Positions 63,242 to 64,000 of a stretch of 64,000 nucleotides of DNA are shown one piece after another. A model generated the notes under the pieces. The model ran no database searches, was not told the DNA's origin, and was given only the letters and a program-made list of their open reading frames with translations. Position numbers and translations under genes: made by a program. Position 1 is the first letter of the stretch; each line of letters starts with the position of its first letter. The DNA is from Ostreococcus lucimarinus (Eukaryota): the NCBI GenBank assembly GCA_000092065.1, contig CP000594.1, one strand, 5' to 3'.

Positions 63242-63762
63242 CTCGATCCTCGCCCCCGAGCGTTCCCTCCTCGATGTCCCGCGCGTTCGCTCGTCACGCT
63301 CGCCTTGCGCGCGCCCGCGTACTCCGCCCCTCCCCGCGCGCACGCCCGTCGCTCCTCGGCGTCGTACGTCGAGTTTTCCACTCCCGCCCCCCCCGTCGCG
63401 GTGTCGTAATAGCGTTTCATCCACTGCAAAAACTCCAAATTATCCAACGGCCGTCCCTTGATCAACTTTTGCACCTCCACGTTCTTCGCCACGTGCATTC
63501 GCTCAAACACCAATTGCAACACTTTATAATTTTGCACGAACTCGTGCTCGCTCTTCGCCTCGAAGTTCACCCTGCGCATCGGCACCACGTCTCCACCGCC
63601 TCCGCTCCAGTGCGCGGCGTCCATGATCTGGCAGTACACCGCCCCGCTCGCGCACTGCTCCACCTTGGTCAGCCGCAGCGCGAGCAGCGCGTTCACCCAC
63701 GCGATCAATTCGTTCCGTCCCACGAAGAACGCGTCGTGCATCATCCCGGTCGTGGACGCCAT
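62617..63762 (-). CDS. EB1: Microtubule plus-end binding protein EB1.
   Basis: CH domain (GRNELIAWVNALLALRLTKVEQCASGAVYCQIMDAAH...NFEAKSEHEFVQNYKVLQLVFERMHVAKNVEVQKLIKGRPLDNLEFLQWMKRYYD) and EB1-C motif (FYFEKLQDVEYVCQ). The likely ATG is MASTTGMMHD near 63762. Confidence 0.85.
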
Positions 63763-64000
63763 ATCGTGCGAACCGTTCGTCGTCTCGTCGCGCGTCCCTC
63801 GTCGTCGTCGCGCGTCGCGGTGTGCGCGCGCGCGCAATCATTCATTCATTCCGTCGACGATCCTTTCGCCCGTCGATTCGCGTCCCCGTGGTTCCCCTCG
63901 ATCGTGTTATATACACCAGCGCACTGTATACGCATAGAGACCATTCGGACAAACGGATACTGATGGGCCCAAACGCCCTCGAATGCGTGAGAGCGCGCCG

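Noticed and set aside
1-64000. Prokaryotic-style features (operons, CRISPR arrays, defence systems, sigma-70 promoters, rho-independent terminators).
   Set aside because: Spliceosomal introns, tRNA introns, eukaryote-only proteins (eIF3b, Mediator, Sec61, PP4R3, EB1, Pumilio-family) and alternating gene orientation show this is nuclear DNA. No CRISPR-like spaced repeats are present.
1-64000. Transposons or other mobile elements.
   Set aside because: No transposase, reverse-transcriptase or integrase ORFs and no terminal inverted repeats or long terminal repeats (TIRs/LTRs) were seen. The only repeats are microsatellites, one coding tandem array and short palindromes. Introner-type elements cannot be confirmed from a single window.

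Overview
This window is nuclear DNA from a eukaryote: GC is very high (about 65 to 70%), genes alternate strands and are about 1.3 kb apart, several genes carry spliceosomal introns, and two tRNA genes contain introns. The proteins are most similar to green-lineage (Viridiplantae) proteins: plastid ribosomal protein L6, divinyl-chlorophyllide reductase (DVR), a DWARF27-type carotenoid isomerase, plastid KAS III, a TPT-family phosphate translocator and a Tat-signal lumen protein. Together with the intron grammar (donor GTGCGY/GTACGT, a near-invariant CGACTGAC branch box 20 to 40 nt before the AG), this points to a picoeukaryotic prasinophyte (Mamiellophyceae, Micromonas/Ostreococcus-like). I found about 47 protein genes, 2 tRNAs and no obvious transposons. 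Recognisable genes include eIF3b, Sec61 alpha, a Sec20/BNIP1-type SNARE, RPS24, NDUFA2 (complex I B8 subunit), MED21, a Pumilio-family RNA-binding protein, PP4R3/SMEK, EB1, DDRGK1, RPAP2, Vta1, TSR2, an OSBP-related protein, a CGFS monothiol glutaredoxin, an M18 aspartyl aminopeptidase and inositol monophosphatase. Many long ORFs in the six-frame track are antisense artefacts of GC-rich, stop-poor frames; the track also uses GTG/TTG starts, so several listed start coordinates are not true initiation codons. Splice junctions and sub-ORF positions worked out by hand from the printed sequence are approximate (about +/-3 nt). The most interesting non-genic signal is a (TCGA/GATC)n palindromic microsatellite that recurs in three separate bidirectional promoters. 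Other points worth a second look are cryptic 12 to 50 nt ATG-bearing first exons revealed by the branch-point motif, a probable homopolymer frameshift in the TPT gene, two in-frame CBS ORFs split by a single stop, an unannotated 3-exon small gene, and an unusually long structured spacer at 54.2 to 55.6 kb.
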